The notes: generated by a model from the letters alone, not told the origin. A stretch of 62,273 nt of DNA, filler included, from Globobulimina sp. (GCA_003354225.1; 20 parts of 20 records of this genome joined end to end with filler, not necessarily neighbours in it); one strand, 5' to 3'. Shown: positions 1 through 13,098, numbered from the whole stretch's first letter. A program made the numbers and translations.

Positions 1-3000
1 GACAATATCTCGTTGGCTCCGGTTTTGCTGTCAATGCACCATCGCGCAGTCAGTTCCGTGATGGGGTCCAATACGAATCTGCCCAACGACACTGCCTGTC
101 GCTGGCAGACCGACCAAGATTGGAATTCCTTGATAGCGGCGTCACTGTTCCTATACAACAGACTCACGCAAGGATCCACGAACAAAATGCGCAGATTCTG
201 GCAGTAATCGTTGGTAGACAGTATTTTCTCGACATCGGCTTTGAAGTTCCGCGCCAATAAGTTGCCGGCATCGATGATGATCAGTTCAGGCTTATGCTGC
301 TGCACAAACTGTTTGAATAACTTCAAATCTCCGTTCTTTTTCTCCAATTGCAGCCGGGCGTGGGTCGAGATTATCTTTTTGTTCTTGTTCTTGCCATCCA
401 CAATCGGGTCGATGTGGATGTAGGTCTTCATGTAATGCAACATCAATTCGTCAATCACGTCGCCGAAATGGTTCAACAGCACTAAGAAAGACGGCGTGTT
501 CTCTTCCCCCACGATGATGGACAGGATATTCTTGGTTTGGCACAAATTGTTGCGTTCGCCGCCAATCGATGCGATTAATTTCAATTCTTGACACGCCTTT
601 TTATGAAATGAAATAAAAAAAGGTATCCTATTTGTTATACAAACATGCCTCATTTATGACACATTCCTCGTCAGACTCGAACATTTTGGCACAAATCCAC
701 TTCATCGCATTGGGGATCAGATACAGATTCAACGCATCGTACAATATCTTCAGTTTCAACGCGATCCATTCCGCTCCGTTCTGCTCGCAGATGAACATTG
801 GCGCCAACTTATACAAAAAGTACTTTATGGTCGAATCGCGTTCGCCGTAATGCTCCTCGATATACTCCAAATTGTTCAAGCGTTCCACAGCCAGCGTGTC
901 TGCGGGAATGGTGATGTGATGTCGCAGCAAATTCTGTTTCCTGCCTTTATTGATCAACAGCCAATGCAACGTGGTTTGCTTCTTCTCAGTGCCGCCTCCG
1001 TCGCCCTCCGCGTCCAAAAACTTTAAAATTGGTTTGTTTTCCAACCGCTTCACCGCCGCCAACTCGTCCGTCCATTCGATCAGATCGCGGCCTTTCAGCG
1101 TAGGCTGCGTCGATATCACGCCATTCTCCTCGAATTGTTTGCTGATATACGCCTTTATGCACGGCTCGTGCCCGATATATCGCGCTAAGTGATAGGTGCA
1201 GTCCGTTATGATGTCCTCCACCGAGTCATATTTACTGTCTTCGTCCGACAGCACATTCTCACAAATCAGGTTCAAGTCGATCTCCTCAATCACCACTCCG
1301 TTGTTGTTCTCATTCTTTATGTTATCACTGATGATTTTACTAAATCCGATGTTATAGCAAATGGGCAACAACGTGGCAGGGATGGATAGCTTTACATTTT
1401 TATGGTTTTTGTTGCCTTTTATCGACGTGGCTTTTTTGATTTTTTTGATTTTCGGCATCACTTTGCTCACATTTTGAAAGTAAATCTGCAACGTTTTGAA
1501 GTCCAGTCGTTCCATTTCGTACTGTTGCCGCGTCTCAGTTTGCTGCGTTTCAATCTCATTGATGCGGATTTCGATCCGTTTGATATTATCGTCCAATTCT
1601 TCTAAGTCTGTCTGGGAGCCGTCAATAAATTGAAACACTTCGTCTCCATTAAACAACGAAGAGTCCATCTCTTTGTCTGCTGCGGTGTCCACATCGTTCA
1701 TGCACGAAATGTAAAAATTCTTCAACGTGTTCAGTTCACTGAGCTCCAATTCGCAGGTCTCGATTTCGCGTAAATTCTCATTGGATAATAGTTTATCATT
1801 CACCTCCTCCAAATGGTCCATTAACTGCTCATAACTCTTCAGTAATGGGTCGAAACTGTTTAATAAGCCCACTGCAGCGATGCACTGCAGATCGGTGGGC
1901 GGCGCTGGATATTCAATCTCGTTCTCGTGTTCCTTGGATTCAATCTCATCCACATTGCTGTTCTCACTGTAAATTGGTATGATGTTCAAAAAAGAGTCAA
2001 CAGCCTCCAACTCTTCGTGGGTCACTGCATCAAACAAAAAGATCTTTATATCCTCGATATGCTGCAACCATCGCATATTCTCGTCGTGATGGCCTTGACT
2101 TTGACTCTGTCCTTGCTCCGGCTCGGCGTCGTTAATATTTTCCTTGTTTACAATATTCAGCTTCAATTTGTCGACAATTTGCTGCAAATTGCTCTCGATG
2201 CTCTTCTTTCGCAAATAAATCTGTTGGTACTTCTCATCCAACTCATCAATTTTCCAAATGTCATCGCCTTCGATGTCCAATGGATACTCGTCGCGTAGAT
2301 ACGTAATAATATACGGAACGTCGTAATGGTGGACGCGCAAATACTTCAAAAAGACAATGATGTGAGGATTGGAGATGGGGCGTCGAAGCAGCCGCAAATT
2401 GACAAAGTACGCCTGCGACGATATCCATTGCGCTTCGCGATTCAGCGCAATCTCTGAGAGCTGGTCCTCGTCCGTAGCGGCAATGCGTGGCTGCAGTCGT
2501 TCCGGAATATCCATATTGATGATCCTTATCACTTTCTGCTTTTGTTTGTCATCCAGACCAATGAAACCCTGCTCGCAATCACGTAGTCGCTTTTGTGCGC
2601 GCGCCTCGCTTTGCTGCTTCTTCTTTTTCTCGATCTCCAGCAGATATTCGTCCTTTTCCTCCGACAGATCCTCTTCGATCACCTGTTGGTTCTGCGGCAT
2701 CCCAAGGAAATCGTACACGTAGCGGCCAAAGATGCCGTACAATTTCTCCATTTTGTCGTTCTGATAATGGCCATATGAGCCGCGATAATTTTGGTTCAAG
2801 TCGTTTACGACGAAGTTATCGTTGTTGTTGTTGTTGTTGCGGACAGAGACTACACTTCGTGCGTCGTCGTCGCCGTAATCATGGAAATCATCCTCTTCGT
2901 CGTGCGTGCCATGGAGGTTGTGGCCGCTGTGGTTGTTATCGTGTATTTCCTCGTCATTTCCCATAACTGATTCCTCATCAAATTCCATCACTCGTTTTTT

Positions 3001-3021
3001 TAACACTCTTTTTTGAGTGTA
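1..3021 (-). CDS. SPT6: Transcription elongation factor / histone chaperone Spt6 (partial at both ends; exons ~3021-649 and 596-1)
   Basis: Acidic N-terminus, DIPERLQ and EAQWI motifs, YDVPYI..Y..EY...IWKIDELDEKY, STQPTLKG...KRLENKPI. The spliced second exon reads LLYRNSDAAIKEF...RQAVSLGRFVLDPITE, matching the Spt6 YqgF-like domain. Confidence 0.88.
597..648 (-). other. 52-nt GC-AG spliceosomal intron in Spt6
   Basis: Minus strand GAG|GCATGT...AAAAAG|GCG joins VINE to ACQELK in frame. The nearby GT donors give stops or frameshifts. Confidence 0.7.
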
Positions 3022-3121
3022 NNNNNNNNNNNNNNNNNNNNNNNNNNNNNNNNNNNNNNNNNNNNTTAATTAATTAANNNNNNNNNNNNNNNNNNNNNNN
3101 NNNNNNNNNNNNNNNNNNNNN
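3022..3121. other. Artificial 100-nt contig spacer (N44-TTAATTAATTAA-N44), first of 19
   Basis: Identical spacers at 3022, 6142, 9262, 12382, 15502, 18621, 21740, 24859, 27978, 31097, 34216, 37334, 40452, 43570, 46688, 49806, 52923, 56040 and 59157 (each 100 nt). The core gives stops in all six frames, and contig lengths fall from 3021 to 3017 bp. Confidence 0.98.
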
Positions 3122-6100
3122 AAGGATTATGTTTGCTATAAAGAAAGATTTAAAGCATTTAGCAAACGAAAGAAGAAAGCAATGAAACACGTATTACTCG
3201 AAAAGAAAAAAAAGAGTGATAATCTATGCGATTCCGGACGGAAATCCTGGATGAAAGATGAAATCCGAAATATTACAAATAATGGAATGATGCCATGGAA
3301 GCAAATAAATAATATAATAAAATATGATAATAACACAACTAAATCGATACCGGTTTGGTATAATAAAGATGGGACAATAAATGCGATCAAAGCAGAGGAC
3401 AAAGCGAAGAATTACATGGTATATCTACACAGATTCGATGACGATGAAATTGAACAAGAGAGCGAGAATACGATTGAAAATGCAGAATTTGATGACATTG
3501 TAAAAAATTATAACAAAAAAAATAGACAGCGATTTGGCACAGAATTACATTGCGAAGAACTGAAGAAAATCAATTCAATTTTGGACGAAGACGCAGTGGA
3601 ACCACTTTTGATGTCATTTGAAAAAGGCAAAGCAAATAATAACGACAAATCAAACTATACTTTATTGCAGAATGGATGTGATTTATTAAAGCATGGATTT
3701 TATCTATGCTACAATGCTTTATTTATTTTAGGAATTAGAGTCTTATCAATGAACATTAGAGATATTACAGTTATACTCAAATCAAGCAAACCTGCAAAAT
3801 ATATGGACAGTTACAGACCAGTCTCGTTGCTGTCAAGTTGCAGCAATCCGTATGACAAATGGATGGCTGCTAAGTATCTGCGATATGGAATAAAAATGGA
3901 AATAATTAAACCGAGGCATTTTGGATTTGTCAAAGGACTGAGCTGTACGGACGCGATTGCGTACATTGTCGAAATGATATGGAATAACAGAACAAAAAAC
4001 AAAGATACGCATATATTATTTATCGATTTCAAAGCTGCATTCGACACAATACAGCATCGAATAATATTAGAATGCTTACAATTTGATATAGGAATTACTG
4101 GATTTGCGCTGAAATATTTATACGTCGCATTAGAATACAGATGGGGCCGAGTAAAAATATTTGGATTTTATTGTGAATGGAGACAAGATATTTGTGGAGT
4201 ACCTCAAGGCTGGCCACCTTCATCCATACTATTTATATTCTTTACGATTGAATTTGATGCCATTAATGGATTAAAAATCGGTTTTATAATCGTAGGATAT
4301 GCCGATGACAACACAGTAGTCTCTGATGGCTCTGTTGAAGGAGAAGAACTAAAAACAAATTTACAATTTGTTACAGATTTTATATCATATTTAGCGAAGA
4401 AGAAACGATTATTTTTACAACCAATAAAACAAAATTATATGGTAATTTCAAATACATTGAACGATAAAAAACACAAAGAAGCATATTTTGACATTGAGAT
4501 GGATCACCAATCAGTAACTAAGAAATTTAATAAAGTGAGATATTTGGGAGTATGGATTGATTGGAAATTGAATTGGAATGAACAATTTCAATCTGTTATA
4601 ACGAATGGAAGAAGAACATACATAAACATTTATAATCGATACAAATATGCATCAGATCTGATTGCTAGACAATTGACGAATATTTATAAAGCATTAATAT
4701 ATCCGAAGATATTATATGCAGCAGAAATATGGTATGATTCGAAGCATAATTTGGCACCGAAACTGCGAGCATTATACAATGACACCATAAGACACTCAAA
4801 TTACGCCGAACGCACTAATCCGATTAAGTGGCAATTAACGCAAATCGGAGAAACGAATATCGATGATTTAGTGACTCAGAAAAAGTCATCTTTCTGGTCG
4901 AGACTTATAAGATCGCCGAAATCAAATATATTAAACAAAATTATCTATGAAAATTATTGGAAGATTTGGTGTAATGAGAGATTAGATTTAAACGATCAAT
5001 TCATAGAAAATAGGAACAAAAAAGCAAAGCATGAAATTGATACATTTGATGCAAAGAAGATAGAAATTCAGAATAAATTATACAGAAACGATTTAGATAA
5101 AACATGGAAATTTGTGGAAAAATCCGAAGAAAATGTTGACTTCACTCCGCATAAAAAAAAGAAAGGTATCAACAGAAAGAGAAGAAATAAGAGATATCAC
5201 TTATTTTATGAATTATTTGATGCAGCGACAAAAATGAAGAGTTCCGATATTAAATTCATGAAAAATGTAAATTATGGGATTATTCCAAAGAGAATTTCGT
5301 ATCATTTAAGCCCACTGCCCACACCAAGTAATCTACAATGCCATATCGAGGATGATAATGGCAACAAACTATCATTTGATGAGGAATGGGTCAGAGGATG
5401 GGCTGAAAAGTTGTTTTATTATGATACAGATCCGAATGATGTAAAACAAGTTAGTTTTAAGCAAATTCAGTTGCTTTTCTCAGATGGTTCGAATAAGGAA
5501 GGATTTGGAGGAGCGGGCTATTGGTCGTGTAATATGGATTATTATTTGATGAGAGCTGATTTAAACAAATTGCGACATAGAAACTACAAACAAGAGATAG
5601 GTCCATACGATAATGGATACAGTGACTATTTTTATGGAGCAGCTTCGACGGCATTGCGGTCATCGATTGATCACTGTGAATTGGACGCGATTATAAATGG
5701 AATAAGTAATATGTACAGATATTGCTTTGAAATATATGAAATTGATCCGAATCTGATACCAATCCATATCTGTATGATTATTGATAATGAGACAGTGGTA
5801 AAATGGATATCAGGATGCTATGAGATTAACAATGTGATAATTTATGAAAAAGTAAAGTATTTACATAAATTGATAATGGATTTAGAAGATTTTAAGATTG
5901 ATGCTCATATTATATGGGTCAAAGCACATAACAACGAGACAGGTAATGAGATAGCAGACGATATGGCGAAAGCGGGAATGTTTGATATCTATAGAGCAAA
6001 GAATTGGAATGAGATAGAAAAGGAATATACAGCGCAAGAATGGAATAGTTATAGCTACAAAGCGATGAAGAAAGAAAATAAAAGAAAAGCATTTTATAAT

Positions 6101-6141
6101 ACCTTGGATCATTGGAGTGAGTATAAAAAAACGAGGAGAGC
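3122..6141 (+). mobile_element. Non-LTR (LINE-type) retrotransposon ORF2 fragment: reverse transcriptase plus RNase H
   Basis: Frame is open across the whole contig. RT motifs YRPVSLLS, HFGF, IDFKAAFDTI, GVPQG, YADD, RYLGVWID. RNase H motifs FSDGS, ELDAI, IDN, WVKAH...GNEIADDMAK. Confidence 0.93.
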
Positions 6142-6241
6142 NNNNNNNNNNNNNNNNNNNNNNNNNNNNNNNNNNNNNNNNNNNNTTAATTAATTAANNN
6201 NNNNNNNNNNNNNNNNNNNNNNNNNNNNNNNNNNNNNNNNN

Positions 6242-7434
6242 TGACGGCGAGGGCGAGACTTCCATATTGTTGTTACATTGCAACTCCATATTATATTTCT
6301 TCAATAACTTATCAATTTGCGTCTCTTTGTCCGATATGCCCGAGGTTACATTCCTTGTGGTCCCACGTTTGAAGTAATGACTTTGCAAAAAAGCTTTCCA
6401 AAATTCCTGCTCCGACAGGTTAAAAGGCACATTTTTGTCATATGCCAGTTTAACTGCCGGTAAATTGACAAATATTTTCAAGATCCTCTCCGGCGTTAAA
6501 TTGATGACTAACTTTTTTTTCTGCTCTGCAGTCTCCTCTTCATTTTGAGGGTTATCGTTTAAATCTTGTTTGAATTCGCTGAACAACGACCAGGTGGTGT
6601 TATTTATGGTGGATTGCAACACCGTGTTCGATATTCCTTCAATTAAGCCATTGGATGATTGCGTGATATCAATGTCGCCGCCATATTCATCCCAAAATTC
6701 GGTGGCGGACAATACGTTTTTCACCACCAAGGTTTTGTACAAAATTACTAAGTGTTTGTGTGAGGCCAATTTGCAGGCTCGTTTGCGCAGTGTTTCTTCA
6801 TTCATGGCTTGATGCTTTCGCTTTGTCCCTCGGTGTGATGGGCTCATGTTTATTTTTACAGAGTATGTGAATGGTATATTGGTGCGAGGATATATTTGAC
6901 ACTCAACTGCGAATTGGATGCGGTGTTTTTCGTTTTTGTTTGCGTTGCAGGCGTTGTTGGCGGTTGTTTTATAGATTGTGGCTCGATGTTGGTTTTATCG
7001 ACTTCCATTTTTTGAGTTTGAGGGTTTGGAGGGTTTGCAGTATTTTGTGTGTCATCGTCGTTGAGTGGTTTGGCTTTATCCGCAGTGAAATGTTGAATGA
7101 ATGTCTCGCGTTGTTGTCGAGCGTCATTTGTTGGGAATTCTATGCATAATTCATGGCTTTTACCCGCAATGAATACGGATATTTCTAACTTATACTGTGA
7201 ATCGTCAGTGTTGTATCTAAAGTCTGTAATGGTATTTCGTGGGAACATTAGAACCGGTTTGTTGTCCCTTTTTGGATCGATTAGTGCGACCGTGTCATGC
7301 GTGATTAATAAGATACAACGTTTGGGCGTTTGTTGTTTCTTTTTCTTTTTCTTTCTTTTGAAGAAGATAACTTCGGTTTGGGATACGATAAAGTCACCGC
7401 GGAAGACATTATTCATTTCAAAATCAGACGCCAT
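6242..7434 (-). CDS. GTF2H1: TFIIH subunit p62 (PH-like domain plus two BSD domains), 3' partial, one intron near 6840-6905 (exact bounds unclear)
   Basis: BSD motifs LYKTLVVKNVLSATEFW and LTPERILKIFVNLPAVKLAYDKNVPFNLSEQEFWKAFLQSHYF. The upstream ORF supplies a PH-like N-terminus from ATG 7434. Confidence 0.85.
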
Positions 7435-7485
7435 GATGAACCAAGAAACGTTTTTGAGAATCTGTCCAAAAAAAAAGTCGCAAAA

Positions 7486-8193
7486 ATGTTCAGTCAAGTC
7501 GATGAAGCATTGCTTTATCAAACCATGTTGACCAATCGCGAGAATTTGCAGTGGAATAGCAACGCAAACCAAATTATTGAGCAAGACGAGAGATTGTTTT
7601 TTAATGAATTCGAATTAAATCAATCATCGATATCAATTGATACGGCTGTTGATCATGATAGCAATTTAAATGTAACTCAATACTTCGATGAAAGATCACC
7701 AAATATCAGCGATATGTTTGAATTTGAATTTGATTATCAAAACAAACAGAAAAACAATGGTACATATACCAATCAAAAAAATAATAATAAATCATCGCTA
7801 TCGTTTTCTAGGGCAAATCCAAACGGTTCAAATGATAAAAAAGAATGTAATCATTACAGTATAGCAAATATTCATGTTCCTGCATTAGAACATATTCAAC
7901 GATTTTATCAATTTGTCATTCATCCCTCAGCCAAAAGTAACATTAAATCAATAATGTCCGACTACGTTGATGATTGTTTGATAAATAATGGTGAGACTGG
8001 AAACTTATTAGCAATCACAATCAAGCAAAAAACAAATAAATGCACCGCATTGTTATTATTTGAGACATCGATATATAAATATAAAAATAAGGATTATTGG
8101 ATAAATAATTTCCTATCATATCAACCAATATTAAATGTATTGGATAAATCTGTGAAACCTTCATTCACGCAGTTGAACAATGTAAACAAATGA
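7486..8193 (+). CDS. Hypothetical protein, divergent from p62
   Basis: Open frame of ~235 codons from ATG 7486 in AT-rich DNA; no recognisable motif. Confidence 0.45.
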   Translation: MFSQVDEALLYQTMLTNRENLQWNSNANQIIEQDERLFFNEFELNQSSISIDTAVDHDSNLNVTQYFDERSPNISDMFEFEFDYQNKQKNNGTYTNQKNNNKSSLSFSRANPNGSNDKKECNHYSIANIHVPALEHIQRFYQFVIHPSAKSNIKSIMSDYVDDCLINNGETGNLLAITIKQKTNKCTALLLFETSIYKYKNKDYWINNFLSYQPILNVLDKSVKPSFTQLNNVNK

Positions 8194-8650
8194 AAATAAT
8201 CATTAAAGATTCTGTTTTAATTCAAAAACAAACACATTTGTGACGACTGCTTTACTAATTACACGGAAACATCATAGTTTTTGTTAGTTTGATATAAATC
8301 AATGATTACCGTTGCTCAAAAATGTCAGAAAGTGATTTTTTACATAAAATTGCTGTAAAGTTTGTGCACGGAGCTATAATATGAAAAGTTGCATTTTTTT
8401 GATGATTATCATCGATATAGACAGAGAGCATTCAGTAAACCTTTATATAAAAACGATGTGGGATATTTTATGCATCCGTCATTTATAGCACTAAAAACAA
8501 CATCTGGCCAAGAAAATAGCCTGTGCAATAAAAGAAAATATAAATGAAATGTTGTAAAGGACGTAGAACTGTATTTTGCTGCAACAAAAGATGTCAAAAC
8601 CAGAGTTGGAAAATTAGTTTTTTGCTTTGTTTAATATTGTGTTGCTAGTC

Positions 8651-9261
8651 ATGGGCAACAAAGTGGAAGGCAGAGAGCTGAATAAAATCACAAACACAAA
8701 TCAACCACAATCTCCATTTAAAAATGCATTCGTAACAACCTCTCTTCCCTCACAAAAAATATTTATTAATGATTTCAAATATTACCCTCCATATGATTTA
8801 TTCCTCACAATCTCACAAATTTCACGTCGAGCACCTCCACCCAGAATTAAAAGAGACAAAGTGAAGGTACTTGTTATTTTTTGGAAACACATTCAAAATG
8901 AATTTAAAATATCCAAATCATTCAAAATAATTCTTCCATTCACTGATTACTTTCAATTCTCATTGAATTCCTGTTTGAAGTCAGTGCAATATCCATATTT
9001 ATTCATGGAATTTAAACCATGGGATTTATGGGGACAAACACTTTTTGCTTTTGATTTATTCAACGATTCCGAATCGAACATTGACCCCAACACTGGTTCA
9101 ATGCGACCATTCTCTAAAATAAATCTTGGCCGCGCCAGTTACAATGTATTTCGTTGCAACAATGAAGATTTTCTGATCAAATACGATGCGAAAGGCTCCA
9201 ATTTTCGCTCCATAGTTGTTTACAAATTTGCTTCAAATGTGGAATTATATAAATATGACGG
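8651..9261 (+). CDS. Hypothetical protein with MG- start (possible myristoylation), 3' partial
   Basis: Open frame MGNKVEG... running into the spacer. Confidence 0.5.
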
Positions 9262-9507
9262 NNNNNNNNNNNNNNNNNNNNNNNNNNNNNNNNNNNNNNN
9301 NNNNNTTAATTAATTAANNNNNNNNNNNNNNNNNNNNNNNNNNNNNNNNNNNNNNNNNNNNAATTACATTTATTAATGAATGTTGAATATGTTTATCATT
9401 TCCATTTCCATTTCCATCACTAACGTCAGTGTACAGTGACGTTTCTGTTTATTATTGTCCACATTCTAAATATATACACCATTGTTCTAAATGGCTAGTA
9501 TATATAT

Positions 9508-10761
9508 TTAGAATGTGGACAATAGTATTGTCACAATACCAGAATTCGAAGTATCACTGTATGCATATGGCAATGTGTCACAACATCGAGTATCATCATC
9601 ATCATCATCAAACTCCTCGCGATTAATATCAAAAACATCATGATCATCATATACAGGCATATTATTAACCAAACTGGACACATTTGATATTTTATTGGAT
9701 CCCTGCTCGTTTACATAATATATATGACGCACATAACTCTTTGATTTATAATCTGTTAATAATTTACCACTCAAAATACAACTGCAAATAATCAATACTG
9801 AGTTCATTAGCAATAAACCAATAATTAATCCATCCTTATCGATAAATGAGAATAGTAATGATTCAGCAACAGCAAATTGAGTAATATTTGCAATTGACTT
9901 TGACGATGAACATTGCTGCATATAATCATCAATTGCAAATTGAGTGCAATCCGCAATACATTCACGGCCACCATTCATATCACAATGAAATCCAAATCCA
10001 CATTCGGCATCTCTACCTCCTGTATGTAGTTATAATTTATAACTATAAAAATAGAAAAACACTTTCGATGTAAAAAACACTAAACTCTGCGGGTTGCCAC
10101 TTGTATAAAATATATCTGTATTTTTTGCTAACTCACTCAATTCATTCGCAGTTAACGCTTGATTATAAAATGCATACTGATACAACTTTAAATGTTGCTG
10201 TGGGGCAATTCCACCAACTCTAATAAAATAGGGAGAGTATGTACCTCCATTGGATATACTAAGCGAGTCAGCATATACTCCATCAATGTATAAATTTGCA
10301 TTTTTTGCAGTAATTACATATGAAAGCAAATACCTTTGCGTAGCATTTAAAGCTGGCGAATTGTCAAATATGTATAGTGCAGAGAGACCATTTTCAATTC
10401 CTAATTTACTGTGGTCTGCATTGCCGCCCATATCAGCGCACCAAAAATGACCACTGCTATTCATATTGTTGATGGGGGATACAAATTCTATATCAAATAT
10501 CACTGTATACTGTGAATATGACACAGCTGCATTTGAACCGATGTAAACTACATTTTGGTCGATTATATTTAAATAAGAATTGTCAATAATGTCTCCGTTG
10601 AATGTATTTTGTGTAAATGGAGAACAAGCTACTTTTTGGGAAGAACCGCGTGAAAAATCATAATATAATAAACATTTTGGATACGATGACTGGGAATCGA
10701 AGGGATATACTGCTATAACTTGCATAACTTCCAATAAATAAACCCATAGAAATGGTAGCAT
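9508..10761 (-). CDS. Type I membrane protein: signal peptide, LamG/ConA-like beta-sandwich, Cys motif, TM helix; intron 10020-10085
   Basis: Hydrophobic N-terminus; LYYDF, LYIDG, YNQALTANEL (LamG-like). A 66-nt GT-AG intron joins ORFs 10030-10761 and 9508-9978 in frame. TM segment GLIIGLLLMNSVLIICSCIL. Confidence 0.65.
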
Positions 10762-10921
10762 TGCTTTCGTTAATTTTGGTGAAACTCAAGTTGTACAGTC
10801 AACTTAAAATGGAGCTTTGTTGCATGAACAATAGTGTCTAGAGTATAGATTATAAAATAGGCGTTATAAAATGTAGAATGCTCATAATCACATGATTCAC
10901 ATCATATTGTCACAAATCACT

Positions 10922-11394
10922 ATGTCAAATTCGGTGAATAGATTAAGAAAAGAGTTCGAAAGGTTATCCGCTTTGGCAGTTGAGTTTATAATTTAATTTA
11001 ATTGATATCCATTCGCTAAGTTTAAGCACAAACCAATATATAGACATTAGATACTTATTCAGATGATCCAGACCTAGAGGAAGAATACGAACATAATGTA
11101 TCGTATCCAATTATTCAATTACAAACAGCCAATCCACCAATCAGAAATAATGAAGATTTGTTTGAAACAGCTCCAAGCGATGATATCATTGAACATCACA
11201 TGACTCAAAAATATGCACAAAAATCCATTGAATCGCACAACAAAACTAAGTTAAGTCCGAACAATGAGAGTTTCAATAAATTGCAGCATTTGGAAGATGC
11301 CATGAATGACAAAATAAAAGCAATTCAGAAGCAAAAACTGCCAAAAAGTCATCATTGCCAATCCAACAAATTCAATTCAAACATTTATTACTGA
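10922..11394 (+). pseudogene. Possible decayed ubiquitin-conjugating enzyme (E2/UBC)-like remnant
   Basis: NRLRKEF, YPF.KF..PIYRH and TQKYA appear in E2 order, interrupted by stops, a frameshift and apparent deletions. Confidence 0.3.
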
Positions 11395-11588
11395 GCACAG
11401 AGAACAATTTGTATTGAAAGGTTGGGATTTGAAACAAATACATTATAAACATCAAGGAAAAACGGGAGAATGTTCTGAAACACTATCAATTTGTAGATTA
11501 AAATGACATTGGTAATAATTTTTGTTTTTGTTCATTATTATTTTCGTCTCCAACAGCTAGTTTTTCACTTTTTTCTTCATTGTAAACA

Positions 11589-12381
11589 ATGGCTTACACT
11601 GCTATCAGTATTGCGGGTGATGACGACATAAACATAACCAACAATGCAAGCATGACATGCACACCAATCGAACGATATTCGCCAACCGATGTAATCTGTG
11701 CTGCAGAAGCATTGAGATATATCTCTCCTGGCTCAACAAAGTATCAAGAAATACCTGTAGAATCCACAAATCACCATACCAATCATGTCAGACTAACAAA
11801 TGAAATTTATACAACACCATATAATTCAACACAAAGAAAAGATGAAACACTCAACAAATGTTGCCGTGAATGTTGCAGTGTAATTAAGGACTGCTATGGT
11901 CATTGTACAGAGTTATCCAAATCGATTATTCCTGTCATGGTGCTTATAATATTCAGTTGCGCATTTATTATTGGTGGAGCTGTTATTATTGACGGTGCGG
12001 TGCGTTCATCACAATATAGAAACTCAGTTAATATTGAAGGTGAATGTGAGTTATTAAATATAACAACAAAAATTGAACTTTATGATCGTCCTGATTATTC
12101 TTCAAATGTAGAAGGAAATGTTTATACATATACATGGAAGGTTGTTGATCTGACAATATGTCAGCAAACTGGATATGATGAGTTTGAAGAAAAATTTTAT
12201 GAAAAACAATATAATGTTGGTGATATTGTAACATGTTGGACAAATCAGGATTGTGATAATATTCATGTCATTACAAAGGACGAAGGAAGTGACACTGCAA
12301 CATCTTCATGGATTGTTGCTGTCTTTTGTTTTGTTTTGTCAATTTTTTGCTTAGGCGGTGCTTGTTGGTGTTGGAACGAAG
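11589..12381 (+). CDS. Two-TM membrane protein with Cys-containing extracellular loop, 3' partial
   Basis: TM1 IIPVMVLIIFSCAFIIGGAVII, TM2 WIVAVFCFVLSIFCLGGACWCW; loop with four Cys including YNVGDIVTCW. Confidence 0.6.
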
Positions 12382-12490
12382 NNNNNNNNNNNNNNNNNNN
12401 NNNNNNNNNNNNNNNNNNNNNNNNNTTAATTAATTAANNNNNNNNNNNNNNNNNNNNNNNNNNNNNNNNNNNNNNNNNNNNACAAATAAG

Positions 12491-13098
12491 ATGAGCAATT
12501 CCTGACGTTATTGCGCTGGAAAGAGCACCAAAATTTGGCATTATTTATGTTGGATGACGACGATGACGATGATGATGAAGATGAAGATGAATATGATTAT
12601 TATGATGATGGCTATGACTACGATTATTATGACGAAAGTTCAGATTCCAATGATATCGACGCCAATGGTGAATGTCGTGGCGTGTCAATTGTATGGCGTC
12701 GATTATCATTGATGTTGCAAGGATTGTACGATCCGATTGGTACGAATGCAAATGGCAAATATAATGCATTGCAACTGCAGGAGGAATACTGGCGACAGAA
12801 ATCATGCGTTTGCAAGGACGATCACAATAAATTATTCCCAAAGGTCGCAGATGCAGATGGTTGTCATGATCATATGACTGAGTATTGTATTAATGTGGAT
12901 GATATATTATGGGAATTGTACACAGTTACAATGCGGTTCAATACTATTAAGTGTATATTGACTGACTCAAATCCAACATTGCATGTGGTGACAAACTATG
13001 TGGATGTCACGAATAGGAATAGGAGTTTAAACACAAGGAATGAGGATCATTTGTTAGATGATCAGTGGTGGATTGCTGATGATTATTATGATAATTAA
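12491..13098 (+). CDS. Terminal exon of a hypothetical protein with an Asp/Tyr-rich tract
   Basis: Open frame of ~200 codons after an AAG acceptor-like site at 12490, followed by a T-rich 3' region. Confidence 0.5.

Noticed and set aside
13-2966. Many short plus-strand ORFs opposite Spt6, and similar antisense ORFs throughout
   Set aside because: They are shadows of real genes on the other strand and have no motifs.
3122-6141. RT as a retron, DGR, group II intron or defence RT working with neighbouring genes
   Set aside because: The motifs and C-terminal RNase H are LINE-type, the ORF fills its contig, and the neighbours are on unrelated contigs.
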